Source: Gammaproteobacteria bacterium (GTDB lineage Bacteria; Pseudomonadota; Gammaproteobacteria; CBDBNL01; JAAOII01). From it: a DNA stretch of 64,000 nt. The notes below the pieces were generated by a model. It saw nothing but the letters and a program-made list of their open reading frames with translations, did no database searches and was not told the origin of the DNA. Shown here one piece after another: positions 50,094-61,503 of the stretch (position 1 is its first letter; each line of letters opens with the position of its first letter). The stretch is taken from positions 648,958 through 712,957 of the forward strand of contig OZ242372.1 in NCBI GenBank assembly GCA_965209035.1. The letters are read 5' to 3'. The translations under genes were made by a program, and so were the position numbers.

Positions 50094-53000
50094 CTAATTC
50101 TTGTAATCGATGTTTAATCCGAGTGAACGAATTTCATTAATCAATACATGAAATGACTCGGGGATGTAGTGGACGGAATAAGAAGAACCGGCAATGATAT
50201 TCTTATAAACTTCGTTTCTTCCTCTTTCGTCATCGGATTTCACTGTCAACATTTCTTGCAGAGTGTATGCGGCACCATAAGATTCCAACGCCCATACTTC
50301 CATTTCACCAAAACGTTGTCCTCCCATTTGCGCCTTACCGCCAAGAGGCTGCCGAGTAACCAGACCATAAGAGCCGATGGAACGCGCGTGAATCTTATCT
50401 TCTACCAAATGATTTAACTTGAGCATGTATACCTGCCCGACAGTCACAGGACGATCAAATTGCTCGCCGGTACGCCCGTCAAAGAGCACCTTGCGTTCGG
50501 ACGGAGAGGCACCGGCAATATTCAGCATCTCTTTTATATCCTCTTCTTTTGCGCCGTAAAAAACCGGGGTGGCAAAAGGAACGCCGTCTTTGTAATTTTG
50601 ACATACTTCCAGTAATTGTTCATCGGTCAAGTCACCAAAAAACTTTTTGGCACGCCCGTTATCCATACTTGCGTAAACTTTATCAAGTAACTTACGCAAT
50701 GCGGTAAGTTTTTTTTCATTGGACATCAAGGCAGTAATTTTTCTTCCCAATTCTTTGGCAGCATCTCCAAGATGTGCTTCCAAAAGTTGACCAATATTCA
50801 TACGAGAAGGTAGCCCCAAAGGACTGAGAACAATATCAAGGGCGTTTCCCTCTTCGTCATGGGGCATGTCCTCCGTTGGCATCACCGCGGACACCACACC
50901 TTTGTTACCATGGCGACCCGCCAGCTTGTCTCCCGATTGTATCGGTCTTTTGGCCGCAACATAAACCTTGACAATTTTTAGAACACCGGGGGCAAGACCT
51001 TCGGCACCGGATCTGATGCCTTTTTCTTGTTTCTTTAATTGCTTGTTAAGATTAACTTCCACTTCTTCCAAATTCTCTCTTGCCTTTTCCAAAAGATCGT
51101 TTAGGGCCGCACTGCGCATACTCAGCCCGAAAATGTCTTCGAGTTCACATTTTGCCAGATAGGCGGCGGTTATGTTTTGCCCCGCCTTCAGTCCCTTGCC
51201 TTTCGCCGCCGCTTTACCTTTTAACTTTTCTTTAAGATTGGTTTCGGTAATCTTACGAACCATCTGATAGCGGATTTTACTCTCTTTGCGGATTTCCGCA
51301 AGCTGTTCTTTGTCAATCTCTTTTGCCCGGCTGTCCTTATTTTCTTTGCCCTTGGTAAATACTTCCACATCTATGACCTTGCCCTTTACTCCCGAAGGCA
51401 ACCGCAAAGAACTGTCTTTAACATCGGCCGCTTTTTCACCAAAGACCGCTCGCAGTAAACTTTCTTCGGCGGTCAGTGTGTCCTCGCTTTTGGGGGTAAT
51501 CATACCAACCAAAATATCTCCGCTTTTTACCTGAGCACCGACGCGAATGATGCCGGATGTATCCAGGTTGGCAAGAGCCGCTTCGCCGATGTTTGGTATT
51601 TCTCTGGTAATCTCTTCGTCTCCCAGTTTTGTATTGCGCACGGTACAGACAAACTCCATAATATGAATACTGGTTAAAACATCGTCGGCTACCAGACGCT
51701 CGGAAATCAAAATAGAGTCTTCAAAATTGTAGCCCTTCCAACACATGAAGCCCACACGCAGATTTGTGCCGAGCGCAAGTTCCCCCATATCGGTTGCCGC
51801 CCCGTCCGCGAGAACATCCATTGGTTCCACTTTGTCTCCCAACTTGACAACAGGCCTCTGACTAATCACAGTGTTTTGATTGGAGCGACGAAATCTTGCC
51901 AAAGAATAGATGTCCACGGGTAGCTCATCATCATCTTCGGTAACACGCACAACAATTCGCTTGGCATCTATTTCTTCAACAATACCCTTGCGGCGAGCAA
52001 GGATACAACTGCCGGCATCCCTGGCAACATAGCTTTCCATTCCGGTCCCAACCAACGGCTTTTGTTTTTTTAGCAACGGGACCGCCTGTCTTTGCATGTT
52101 GGAACCCATTAAGGCCCTGTTCGCATCATCATGCTCCAAAAAAGGAATCAGGGACGCGGCAACGGATATTAATTGTTTGGCATCCACATCCATCAGGGTA
52201 ATCTCTTCGCGCGGCATAAAAATCACATCGCCTTTATGTCTGACCATGAGCATTTTCTCAACAAACTTGTTTTGGGAGTCCAGCAAATTGTTGCCGGATG
52301 CAATTGTATGTTCTTTTTCGTCCATAGCCGAAAGCCAGACTACTGCATCGGTTGCCTTGCCGTTGCTAACCTTACGATAAGGAGTTTCCAGAAAACCAAA
52401 CTCATTAATTTTGGTGTGAATTGCCATAGAATTAATGAGGCCGATGTTTGCTCCTTCAGGGGTTTCTATGGGACATAAGCGGCCATAATGGGTGGGATGT
52501 ACATCACGAACCTCAAATCCTGCCCGGTCACGCGACAGACCACCGGGTCCCAAAGCCGATATACGCCTTTTATGCGTAATTTCAGCCAACGGGTTAATTT
52601 GATCCGTTAATTGAGACAACTGGCTGCTTGTAAAAAAATCACGTATTGCCCCGGAAACCGCTTTTGCACTCACCAAATCCTTTGGGGTGTAAGTATCTAT
52701 ATCCGGCAAACTGAGTCTTTCGCGTACCGCGCGTTCTATACGCAAAAGGCCCAAACGAAGTTGGTTGAACATCATTTCACCGACTTGACGGACGCGGCGA
52801 TTGCTGAGGCTGTCTATATCATCTACCTCGCTAACACCCTTACGAATATCCAAAAGAATTTTGACCGTATCAATAATATCTTTCCTTTGTAAGACCATCA
52901 CATCTTCACCATCTTTACTGTCCCTACCCAGCCGCTTATTTAATTTCATACGACCGACATGCGATAAACTATACCGGTCATCGCTAAAGAACAGATTATT

Positions 53001-54149
53001 GAAAAATTGAACGGCTACATCAAGATTTTCCATTTCACCCGGGCGCATAATTCGATAAAGTTCGAGAACCGCCTCATTCTTATCCGGCACAGGATAATCG
53101 CGAACCGTGTCAGCAATAAATGCGCCTTTGGTTAGTTCGTTTGTATAGATTGTATGAAACTCGGCAACACTTTCTTCGCGAAACTTGTCCAGCATTTCTT
53201 TGGTAATATGCATGTTGGATGTAAAAGTCGCATCCCGAAGAGAAAAATCTCCCGACAAGGGCTTGCCGATCAAGTATTCATCGGGGACTTCTATTTCTTC
53301 TACTCCCGCTTCTTCCAGTAATCGGATATGCTCGGGCGTGATCCGCTGATCTTTGGCAATCAAGACCTTGCCGGCACCGGTTTCTATGCTTTGCATTGCG
53401 GTTTCGCCTCTCAAATGTTCGGGAATGACCCTGAGCATCCATTTGTCACCCAGAAGCCGAACAGTATCCTTGTCATAAAACTCTTCCAAAATTTGATCCA
53501 CACTCATACCAAGAGCGGTCAATAAAACATTGATCGGAACTCTGTAACGGCGGTCAATTCTTGCGAACAGTCTGTCGCGCGAATCAAATTCAAAATCCAG
53601 CCAGGAGCCGTGATAAGGAATGATACGCGCACTGTAGGATTTGCCCGATATATAAGCACTTGTCTTTTCTTGGCTGAAAAAAACACCCGGCGAGCGATGT
53701 AATTGAGAAACAACCACGCGCTCGGTACCATTGACAATAAACGAACCTTCCGGGGTCATCAAATTAATATCGCCAATGTAAACTTCTTTCTGCTCAATGC
53801 GCTTTTTGATGCTTTTATACTTGTCCGCTCTGTCTCTTACAATCAAACACAATGTCGCATATAAAGGAACGGCATAGTTGGCACCGTGCATCCTGCTCTC
53901 CCTTTCATTGTAATGAGGGGGACCAAGATGGCATGAGAGAAATTCTATACTCGCCCGATTGTTGCGTCCTTTTATCGGAAAAACAGACTCCATTGCTTTT
54001 TGAATGCCCGACTCTTTGCCGTCCAATCCGTGTAAAAAGTCGTTATAGGAATCTTTCTGACTTTGCAGTAAAGAACGAATGTCTATTAGATCCTCAGATT
54101 TTCCAAATTTTTTGCGCAATCGTTTGCGCGCCATTAAATTATAGCTCAT
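50094..54149 (-). CDS. rpoB: DNA-directed RNA polymerase subunit beta
   Basis: Full-length collinearity with RpoB (1351 aa), with conserved regions throughout. Confidence 0.97.
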   Translation of the reverse strand: MSYNLMARKRLRKKFGKSEDLIDIRSLLQSQKDSYNDFLHGLDGKESGIQKAMESVFPIKGRNNRASIEFLSCHLGPPHYNERESRMHGANYAVPLYATLCLIVRDRADKYKSIKKRIEQKEVYIGDINLMTPEGSFIVNGTERVVVSQLHRSPGVFFSQEKTSAYISGKSYSARIIPYHGSWLDFEFDSRDRLFARIDRRYRVPINVLLTALGMSVDQILEEFYDKDTVRLLGDKWMLRVIPEHLRGETAMQSIETGAGKVLIAKDQRITPEHIRLLEEAGVEEIEVPDEYLIGKPLSGDFSLRDATFTSNMHITKEMLDKFREESVAEFHTIYTNELTKGAFIADTVRDYPVPDKNEAVLELYRIMRPGEMENLDVAVQFFNNLFFSDDRYSLSHVGRMKLNKRLGRDSKDGEDVMVLQRKDIIDTVKILLDIRKGVSEVDDIDSLSNRRVRQVGEMMFNQLRLGLLRIERAVRERLSLPDIDTYTPKDLVSAKAVSGAIRDFFTSSQLSQLTDQINPLAEITHKRRISALGPGGLSRDRAGFEVRDVHPTHYGRLCPIETPEGANIGLINSMAIHTKINEFGFLETPYRKVSNGKATDAVVWLSAMDEKEHTIASGNNLLDSQNKFVEKMLMVRHKGDVIFMPREEITLMDVDAKQLISVAASLIPFLEHDDANRALMGSNMQRQAVPLLKKQKPLVGTGMESYVARDAGSCILARRKGIVEEIDAKRIVVRVTEDDDELPVDIYSLARFRRSNQNTVISQRPVVKLGDKVEPMDVLADGAATDMGELALGTNLRVGFMCWKGYNFEDSILISERLVADDVLTSIHIMEFVCTVRNTKLGDEEITREIPNIGEAALANLDTSGIIRVGAQVKSGDILVGMITPKSEDTLTAEESLLRAVFGEKAADVKDSSLRLPSGVKGKVIDVEVFTKGKENKDSRAKEIDKEQLAEIRKESKIRYQMVRKITETNLKEKLKGKAAAKGKGLKAGQNITAAYLAKCELEDIFGLSMRSAALNDLLEKARENLEEVEVNLNKQLKKQEKGIRSGAEGLAPGVLKIVKVYVAAKRPIQSGDKLAGRHGNKGVVSAVMPTEDMPHDEEGNALDIVLSPLGLPSRMNIGQLLEAHLGDAAKELGRKITALMSNEKKLTALRKLLDKVYASMDNGRAKKFFGDLTDEQLLEVCQNYKDGVPFATPVFYGAKEEDIKEMLNIAGASPSERKVLFDGRTGEQFDRPVTVGQVYMLKLNHLVEDKIHARSIGSYGLVTRQPLGGKAQMGGQRFGEMEVWALESYGAAYTLQEMLTVKSDDERGRNEVYKNIIAGSSYSVHYIPESFHVLINEIRSLGLNIDYKN

Positions 54150-54179
54150 AAAAATCGAACAAGTATTACCCTAAGAAAG

Positions 54180-54566
54180 CTACTTAATTTCTACCGTTGC
54201 GCCTGCTTCTTCCAATTGTTTCTTGATTTTTTCCGAATCTTCTTTTGAAACATCCGTCTTAACAGAAACAGGAGCACTTTCGACCAAATCTTTGGCTTCC
54301 TTAAGTCCCAGTTCGGTAACGGCTCGAACGGCCTTGATTACATTTATTTTGTTTGCGCCAAACTCTTTGAGAACCACCTCAAACTCGGTTTGCTCTTCCG
54401 CGGTTTCTTCCGGACCGCCGCCCGCAGGGGTCGCAGCCGCCGGTGCCGCAACTGCGGCAGCCGAAACGCCAAACTCTTCCTCTATTGCCTTAATAAGTTC
54501 TACCAATTCCATGACGCTCATTTCGCCAATAGATTTCAGAATATCTTCTTTTGATACTTTTGCCAT
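54180..54566 (-). CDS. rplL: 50S ribosomal protein L7/L12
   Basis: Ala-rich hinge and a conserved C-terminal domain. Confidence 0.95.
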   Translation of the reverse strand: MAKVSKEDILKSIGEMSVMELVELIKAIEEEFGVSAAAVAAPAAATPAGGGPEETAEEQTEFEVVLKEFGANKINVIKAVRAVTELGLKEAKDLVESAPVSVKTDVSKEDSEKIKKQLEEAGATVEIK

Positions 54567-54603
54567 AATGTCTTTTTTATATTATTTATTGATATATAGT
54601 TTT

Positions 54604-55125
54604 CTAAGAAGACTTGCTCTGTTGGACTTCCCGCAGAACGCGAGCAAGTCCGGTGGGTACTTGATTAAGTAGGACAGCAAAGTTACCAAGCGGTGCCTGA
54701 AGGATCCCTGCCAGCATTGACAATGCCTGTTCTCGCGTCGGCAAACTTGCCAAAGTATCTATCTCGTCTGCGGGCAAAAAACGCCCGTTGACAGCCAAAC
54801 ACTTTACGCGAAAAGAAGGATTCTTTTTTGCAAAATCCTTAAACAGGCGCGCGACGGAACCGGCTTCCTCAAGTGAGAACCCAAGCAAAGTGGGGCCTTC
54901 CAGTTCGGATTCCATACAGGAAAATTGCGTTCCGGTAAGCCCTCTTTTAATCAGGGTGTTTCGGGTAATCTTTAAGAACACCCGATTTTCACGCGCCAGA
55001 TTTCTGAGTTCTGTCATATTGGTAACATCTGTTCCGGTATAGTCCGCAACCGCACCATCATGAGCACGACTTGCCTGATCATTTACCAAAGCAATTATCT
55101 TCTCTTTGTCTTTTTTAGTTAACAT
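54604..55125 (-). CDS. rplJ: 50S ribosomal protein L10
   Basis: Size, position in the operon, and the L10 N-domain. Confidence 0.9.
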   Translation of the reverse strand: MLTKKDKEKIIALVNDQASRAHDGAVADYTGTDVTNMTELRNLARENRVFLKITRNTLIKRGLTGTQFSCMESELEGPTLLGFSLEEAGSVARLFKDFAKKNPSFRVKCLAVNGRFLPADEIDTLASLPTREQALSMLAGILQAPLGNFAVLLNQVPTGLARVLREVQQSKSS

Positions 55126-55256
55126 TGCATGTAGATTGTGTAAACGGGAAACACCAAAAGAGATGGTCCCGGATTAACCGTCTGCGCGGGGTATTAAGCA
55201 AAATGCTCCCGCGGTCTTCAACAATGAAATTAAAAATCGTACGCATCTTCTTCGGG
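55126..55256 (-). promoter_or_regulatory. rplJ leader region (putative L10 autoregulatory leader)
   Basis: A 131-nt untranslated spacer between rplA and rplJ, as in the E. coli L10 leader. Structure not verified. Confidence 0.3.
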
Positions 55257-55958
55257 CTAGGACCTGTCTTCCGGGAGAATTTCCAAAGACGGTCCCATAG
55301 TGGATGATAAAAAAATACGCTTCAAATAGACTCCCTTACTTGTTTTGGGCTTTAATTTGCGAATTTCGTTTAAAACAGCATAAAAATTCTTTGTCAAATC
55401 TTCGGTGTTTGCGTTTAATTTTCCTATGCCACAATGCACTATACCGCCCTTTTCATTGCGAAATCTTACCTGTCCCGATTTTGCAGCCTTAACAGTTGCC
55501 GCAACTTCGTTTGTAACCGTTCCGTCTTTCGGATTTGGCATGAGCCCTTTGGGACCTAACACTCTCCCCAAACGACTTGCAATCTTCATTGTGGCGGGAG
55601 TAGCAATCACCACATCATAATCCATCCGCCCCTTTTGCATGGATTCGGCCAAATCGTCCATACCCACGGCATCCGCGCCGGCGTCTTTGGCTTCCTTCGC
55701 GGTGTCCCCTTCCGCAAACACAGCTATGCGCACCTTTTTGCCGGAACCACCCGGCAAGGAGGCAAGACCGCGTACCATTTGATCTCCCTTGCGAGCATCA
55801 ATTCCCAGTTTAACCGCCAGATCCAAGCCTTGGTCAAACTTACAGGGAGGAAGATTCTTAAGAAAGTTAATGGCATCCAAAGGCGAGTAGGCTGAGGCTC
55901 CTTTTTTATCGTTCAGCCCGGCTTGAATCTGTTTTGCCCGTTTTGTTGTTTTATTCAT
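55257..55958 (-). CDS. rplA: 50S ribosomal protein L1
   Basis: Full-length L1 collinearity. Confidence 0.95.
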   Translation of the reverse strand: MNKTTKRAKQIQAGLNDKKGASAYSPLDAINFLKNLPPCKFDQGLDLAVKLGIDARKGDQMVRGLASLPGGSGKKVRIAVFAEGDTAKEAKDAGADAVGMDDLAESMQKGRMDYDVVIATPATMKIASRLGRVLGPKGLMPNPKDGTVTNEVAATVKAAKSGQVRFRNEKGGIVHCGIGKLNANTEDLTKNFYAVLNEIRKLKPKTSKGVYLKRIFLSSTMGPSLEILPEDRS

Positions 55959-55964
55959 CGCTAT

Positions 55965-56420
55965 TTATCCTTCCACCTCCAATCCCATGCTACGCGCCGT
56001 TCCTTCTATAATGCGCGCAGCGGCATCCATATTCGCCGCATTAAGATCCGGCTTTTTCTTTTCCGCAATCTCTTTTAACTGATCTCTCGTGACCTTGCCC
56101 ACTTTATTTTTGTTTGGCTCACCGCTTCCTTTTTGAATATTTGCCGCTTTGCGTAACAAAAATGAGGCCGGCGGGGTCTTAACAATAAAAGTAAAACTGC
56201 GATCCTTGTAGACTGTCACAATGACAGGTAACGGCATCCCCTGCTCTTCTTTGGAGGTCTTATCATTAAATGACTTACAGAATTCCTGGATGTTCGCCCC
56301 GTGTTGACCCAACGCGGGCCCAACCGCAGTACCGGGGTTAGCTTGCCCGGCGGGAAGTTGTAACTTAATGATCGCCGCAATCTTATCCTTGGAAATGCCT
56401 TGTTTTGCTTTCTTGTTCAT
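55965..56420 (-). CDS. rplK: 50S ribosomal protein L11
   Basis: The '[14 protein letters not shown]' motif. Roughly 9 extra N-terminal residues relative to E. coli. Confidence 0.92.
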   Translation of the reverse strand: MNKKAKQGISKDKIAAIIKLQLPAGQANPGTAVGPALGQHGANIQEFCKSFNDKTSKEEQGMPLPVIVTVYKDRSFTFIVKTPPASFLLRKAANIQKGSGEPNKNKVGKVTRDQLKEIAEKKKPDLNAANMDAAARIIEGTARSMGLEVEG

Positions 56421-56959
56421 CCTTTTTCTACCTTTTTAAATTCTATCTCTACGGGGGCCGTTCTGCCAAATATGGAAACCAGAACATTTAACCTTTGTTT
56501 TGCACTATCTACCTTCTCCACTGTTCCGCTAAATCCGGAAAAAGGACCGTCTGTAATACGCACAATTTCGCCCACACTAAATAATTGTGTTTCCACCTTT
56601 CCTTCCAATCTGCGCTGAATTGCATCTATTTCTTTTTTCCGTATAGGGGCGGGATTTTTTGCTGTCCCGCCAATGAAACCCATGACCCAGGGAGTGGAAC
56701 GCACCAGATGCCAACTCTTGTCGTTCATATCCATTCTAACCAGCAAACATCCCGGGAAAAACTTTTTTTCGGTAGAACGCCGCTGATTACCGTGAAGTTC
56801 GACAATTTTTTCCGACGGCACTAAAATATCCGGCTCATCACCGAAATCTTTCGCCGCGGCACCTTCTTCTTCTTGCTCTTCTCTTATACGCTCTTCCAAA
56901 AACCGTTTAACTTGGTTTTCATATCCGGAATATGCTTGAACCACATACCAATCCATCAT
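56417..56959 (-). CDS. nusG: Transcription termination/antitermination factor NusG
   Basis: NGN and KOW domains. Operon position between secE and rplK. Confidence 0.92.
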   Translation of the reverse strand: MMDWYVVQAYSGYENQVKRFLEERIREEQEEEGAAAKDFGDEPDILVPSEKIVELHGNQRRSTEKKFFPGCLLVRMDMNDKSWHLVRSTPWVMGFIGGTAKNPAPIRKKEIDAIQRRLEGKVETQLFSVGEIVRITDGPFSGFSGTVEKVDSAKQRLNVLVSIFGRTAPVEIEFKKVEKG

Positions 56960-56962
56960 TTC

Positions 56963-57337
56963 CTAACCCAATATAGCGGCAGCCGCCCAAGCAAATATCG
57001 AATCCAATCCCCACAAAAGGAGCATCACCAAGATAACCATCAAAATAACGGAAATAAAGGTTTGCATCATTTCCGACCTGGTCGGCCAAATCACTCTTCC
57101 TATTTCCAATCTCGCTTGCAACATTAACGCAACTGTTTTCTTTCCTCGCTCGGTCGTGTAAAATATTCCGCCAGCCACTGCCAACAATATCAACCCCAGT
57201 ACTACTCTGTAAAAAACAGAGTAATTGGCATAGTAATAATTTCCGGCGACTATCGCAACCATTATGATACAAATAGCAACCCACTTAACAGAGGCGGAAA
57301 AAGAGCTACCGAGAATTACCTTGTTCGCGTCACTCAT
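56963..57337 (-). CDS. secE: Preprotein translocase subunit SecE
   Basis: Three-TM SecE with a conserved C-terminal TM and amphipathic helix. Confidence 0.85.
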   Translation of the reverse strand: MSDANKVILGSSFSASVKWVAICIIMVAIVAGNYYYANYSVFYRVVLGLILLAVAGGIFYTTERGKKTVALMLQARLEIGRVIWPTRSEMMQTFISVILMVILVMLLLWGLDSIFAWAAAAILG

Positions 57338-57374
57338 TTTATTTCTCTTTTTAAGTTCAATTTGACTAACACAA

Positions 57375-57447
<73 letters not shown>

Positions 57448-57470
57448 AAAAAAATAGACTGTGAACTCTA

Positions 57471-58661
57471 TTATTTTATGACTTTGGCCACCACGCCCGC
57501 ACCAACAGTCCGACCGCCTTCCCGTATGGCAAAGCGCAACCCTTCTTCCATGGCAATAGGAGCGATCAATTTAACCAACATCTTGATGTTATCTCCCGGC
57601 ATGACCATTTCTACCTTGTCCGGTAACTCGACCTCGCCGGTAACATCAGTGGTCCGAAAATAAAACTGCGGCTTATAACCCTTTATAAACGGCGTATGTC
57701 TTCCGCCTTCGTCTTTGGTCAGAATGTAAACCTCGGCTTCAAACTCAGTATGCGGAGTGATACTGCCGGGTTTGGCAAGCACCTGTCCGCGCTCCACGTC
57801 TTCGCGCTTTGTCCCTCTCAACAAGACGCCCACATTCTCGCCGGCTCTGCCTTCATCCAAAAGTTTTCTAAACATTTCAACGCCGGTGCAGGTCGTCTTT
57901 GTTGTATCCTTGATACCGATAATTGCCACTTCCTCATGAACCTTAACGATCCCGCGCTCAATTCGCCCGGTGACCACGGTCCCACGGCCTGAGATGCTGA
58001 AGATATCTTCTATGGGCATCAAAAACGGCTTGTCTATGTCTCTCTTAGGTTCCGGAAAATACTCGTCAAGCGTTTCCACCAGTTTAATGACAGAACCCGC
58101 CCCCATCTCACTCGTATCTCCCTCCAGAGACTTGAGTGCGGAGCCCACAATAATCGGAGTATCGTCACCGGGGAACTCGTATTTTGTCAGAAGTTCTCTG
58201 ATTTCTACTTCCACCAGTTCCAATAGTTCTTTGTCGTCGACCTGATCGGCTTTGTTAAGATAAACCACAATTCGGGGGACCCCTACCTGGCGTGCCAGAA
58301 GGATGTGCTCCCGAGTCTGCGGCATAGGACCGTCGGCGGCGGAAACCACCAAAATAGCGCCGTCCATTTGGGCCGCACCGGTAATCATGTTTTTGATGTA
58401 GTCCGCGTGTCCCGGACAATCCACATGCGCATAATGTCTCTTGTCACTTTGGTATTCCACATGCGAGGTTGCTATGGTAATACCGCGTTCTTTTTCTTCC
58501 GGAGCATTGTCAATACCCGCAAAAGTCAGAGCATCTCCGCCCCATTTGTCGGCACAAACTTTTGTAAGAGCGGCCGTCAAAGTAGTTTTCCCATGATCCA
58601 CATGACCGATGGTTCCCACATTAATATGGGGTTTTGTTCTTTCGTATTTTTCTTTTGCCAT
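57471..58661 (-). CDS. tuf: Elongation factor Tu
   Basis: '[31 protein letters not shown]' and full-length identity pattern to EF-Tu. Confidence 0.98.
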   Translation of the reverse strand: MAKEKYERTKPHINVGTIGHVDHGKTTLTAALTKVCADKWGGDALTFAGIDNAPEEKERGITIATSHVEYQSDKRHYAHVDCPGHADYIKNMITGAAQMDGAILVVSAADGPMPQTREHILLARQVGVPRIVVYLNKADQVDDKELLELVEVEIRELLTKYEFPGDDTPIIVGSALKSLEGDTSEMGAGSVIKLVETLDEYFPEPKRDIDKPFLMPIEDIFSISGRGTVVTGRIERGIVKVHEEVAIIGIKDTTKTTCTGVEMFRKLLDEGRAGENVGVLLRGTKREDVERGQVLAKPGSITPHTEFEAEVYILTKDEGGRHTPFIKGYKPQFYFRTTDVTGEVELPDKVEMVMPGDNIKMLVKLIAPIAMEEGLRFAIREGGRTVGAGVVAKVIK

Positions 58662-58716
58662 TTTTTATCTTCTAAAATAAAATTTAATTTTTATAAAATC
58701 CAATCGTCAAACTCAA

Positions 58717-58789
<73 letters not shown>

Positions 58790-58822
58790 AACCTCATTCT
58801 TATTTGCCGTTACTTTAACTTA

Positions 58823-58893
58823 AGCGGGTAGCGGGGATCGAACCCGCATTCTCAGCTTGGAAGGCTGATGTGCTACCATTATACCATACCCGC
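58823..58893 (-). tRNA. tRNA-Gly (UCC)
   Basis: Cloverleaf with anticodon TCC. Confidence 0.85.
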
Positions 58894-59057
58894 AAGAATT
58901 GCATAAAACATAAGACTCGCACAGCACATGATACAAAAGCATTAATAAAATAATACCCGACAGAGAATGACTCGCACCAACGCAACACAAGAATTATAAC
59001 AAAAAAAACTAAAAAAACACGCTTTTTAATGATTTTTTATCAAATCTTTGTTAAAAA

Positions 59058-59139
59058 TGGAGAGGGCAGGATTCGAACCTACGAAGCACGAGGCGGCAGG
59101 TTTACAGCCTGCTGGGTTTGACCGCTCCCCAACCTCTCC
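59058..59139 (-). tRNA. tRNA-Tyr (GUA), long variable arm
   Basis: Cloverleaf with anticodon GTA and an extended variable arm. Confidence 0.85.
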
Positions 59140-59148
59140 CCAATAATA

Positions 59149-59221
<73 letters not shown>

Positions 59222-59371
59222 CAGAGATGTTATTTTAACCTTCAATGATTGAATGTGTAACAGATTTTTCCAAATTTTTGCCCCATAAAACAGATTTGCA
59301 CTCTTAATTAAGATAATCAATGTTACTATTCATTAATCAATAATCTCACACAAACACCGTGAACAGAATTC

Positions 59372-60877
59372 TTAATAATATGTGGATTCCAGTTCGGTGA
59401 ATATCTCTATCTGGGTTTTTCGTTCGTCTCTTCTGGTTCGGTCCAGTTCAAGCAAATAATCCGGCGTGATCCCGCCTGTAACATATTTGCCGTCAAACAT
59501 AGAACAATCAAAGTTTTTAATTTTTGTAGTGTCTCCGCCAACCGCTTCCACCAAAGAAGGCAGATCTTGGTAAACCAAACCGTCTGCACCGATGGAAGCA
59601 CAAATATCTTCCGCATCGCAGCCATGTGCAATGAACTCGCTCTGAGAAGGCATGTCTATGCCGTAAACATTGGGGTAGCGCACAGGAGGCGCGGCAGATG
59701 CATAATAAACATGTTTTGCCCCGGCCTGACGTGCCATAGCGATAATCTGTCGGCAGGTTGTTCCGCGCACAATCGAATCATCCACCAATAGGACATTCTT
59801 ATTACGAAATTCAAAATCTATGATGCTCAGTTTACGACGAACCGAAGCATCTCTTAGGTGTTGATGTGGCATGATAAAAGTTCGACCGATGTAACGATTT
59901 TTGACGAGTCCCTCTCTGTAGTTGATGCCAAGATTCAATGCCACTTCAACCGCGGATACGCGACTACTGTCCGGAACAGGAATGACCACATCTATGCGGT
60001 CTTTGGGGATCTTTTGGCGAATTCGCTTGCTGAGAGAAACACCCATTCGCTGCCTCGCCTGATGAACGGAGATCCCGTCAAGAACAGAATCCGGACGCGC
60101 AAAGTAAACATACTCAAAAATACAGGGCGATTTTTTGCCGCCATAAACATGACGAAACAAGTCACCTGTCTCGGTGATTAACAACGCCTCACCGGCTTCC
60201 AGATCACGCACAACGGAAAAGCCTTGAGACTGCAAAGCAACCGATTCGGAAGCAACCATGTATTCTGTTTTTGCCAAGCGGCGCCCTCGGCGTTCTCCCA
60301 AAATCAGAGGACGAATGCCATGTTTGTCGCGAAATGCCAATACGCCTATCCCCAGCAGCAAGCAAACAGCCGCATAACCGCCTTCGCAGTTTTGGTACAA
60401 CTGTTCAAGTGCCTTAAAAATTTGTGACGGCTCCGAAATATTGGAAGCAACGGGTTCCAAACAATATGCCAAATAATTGAGCATTAGTTCCGAATCGGAA
60501 TTTGTATTGATATGCCGACGAGCATTAAGACGTAATTCTTCGCGAAGTTCGTGCGTATTGTTAATTGTCCCGTTATGGGCCAAGGAAATTCCATAGGGGC
60601 TGTTAACATAAAAAGGTTGACACTCGTTCGGATGCTCACCGCCGGCTGTCGGGTAACGCACATGTCCGATGCCCATATTGCCTCGCAATTGCAAAAGATG
60701 TTTCGATTCGTCAAATACTTCACTAACCAACCCCTTCTGACGACGCAGATAAATAGAGTTTTTTTGGGCAGTTGCAATCCCGGCACCGTCTTGCCCGCGG
60801 TGTTGAAGCATAGTCAAGGCATCAAAAATACTCTGATTGACATCAGTTTGGGCATATATACCCACCAGCCCGCACAT
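59372..60877 (-). CDS. purF: Amidophosphoribosyltransferase
   Basis: N-terminal 'MCGLVGI' Ntn-glutaminase Cys and a PRTase domain. Confidence 0.92.
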   Translation of the reverse strand: MCGLVGIYAQTDVNQSIFDALTMLQHRGQDGAGIATAQKNSIYLRRQKGLVSEVFDESKHLLQLRGNMGIGHVRYPTAGGEHPNECQPFYVNSPYGISLAHNGTINNTHELREELRLNARRHINTNSDSELMLNYLAYCLEPVASNISEPSQIFKALEQLYQNCEGGYAAVCLLLGIGVLAFRDKHGIRPLILGERRGRRLAKTEYMVASESVALQSQGFSVVRDLEAGEALLITETGDLFRHVYGGKKSPCIFEYVYFARPDSVLDGISVHQARQRMGVSLSKRIRQKIPKDRIDVVIPVPDSSRVSAVEVALNLGINYREGLVKNRYIGRTFIMPHQHLRDASVRRKLSIIDFEFRNKNVLLVDDSIVRGTTCRQIIAMARQAGAKHVYYASAAPPVRYPNVYGIDMPSQSEFIAHGCDAEDICASIGADGLVYQDLPSLVEAVGGDTTKIKNFDCSMFDGKYVTGGITPDYLLELDRTRRDERKTQIEIFTELESTYY

Positions 60878-60975
60878 TTTTATTTACTCGTGTTTTTTGA
60901 AAAAGAAGTCGTCAAGATTTCCCAACCCGACATGCCCGACGAGAAGACCGGGCATCCTTTGGCAGATTTACAAGT

Positions 60976-61503
60976 TTACAAAACACATAGCCCGCCCCAA
61001 AGAACATCACATATTTTTTGTAAAACAGAGTTTGCCCAATACAACTCCCATTGTTCCAAATAGGGAGTCAGACGAGAATTTTGCCAATAAGCACTTTCGT
61101 CCAAAGTTAAAAGGCGAACGATCTGGACAATAAAAATGCTTTGAACGGCCAACAAAGGCAAACTCAGAATCCCGCCAATCGCCCTTGTCAGAGGGACGGT
61201 GGTAACATTTGGATAACTTAACATCACAAAAGATACGATGATCCTAAGAAAAACGAACAGAAAGAAAAATATCAGGGCAAAGGGTAATAACAGCAAAAGT
61301 TCCGGGTCGGTAACATAGCGGCCCAATGGCTTTTGCAAAATACCCGCAATCACTTGCGAAGAAGTCAAAACAGCTAACCAGAGAATGAGTGCAATCAAAG
61401 CCTTCACAAAGCCGCGAGATATGCCCACGCCGATTAAAATAACCGCCAAGGCGACAAGTATCCAGTCCGTCTCATTAAATGAGGTAATGTTTATTAGTTC
61501 CAC
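60976..61503 (-). CDS. cvpA: CvpA-family membrane protein (colicin V production protein homolog)
   Basis: Four-TM protein of about 175 aa, directly upstream of purF as in the conserved dedD-cvpA-purF arrangement. Confidence 0.78.
   Translation of the reverse strand: MELINITSFNETDWILVALAVILIGVGISRGFVKALIALILWLAVLTSSQVIAGILQKPLGRYVTDPELLLLLPFALIFFFLFVFLRIIVSFVMLSYPNVTTVPLTRAIGGILSLPLLAVQSIFIVQIVRLLTLDESAYWQNSRLTPYLEQWELYWANSVLQKICDVLWGGLCVL

Noticed and set aside
45681-54149. Numerous 60-170-aa ORFs on the plus strand inside rpoB and rpoC (e.g. 47557..47973, 49686..50048)
   Set aside because: They are antisense to highly conserved, full-length RNAP subunit genes. They show low-complexity translations and no motifs, so they are spurious.
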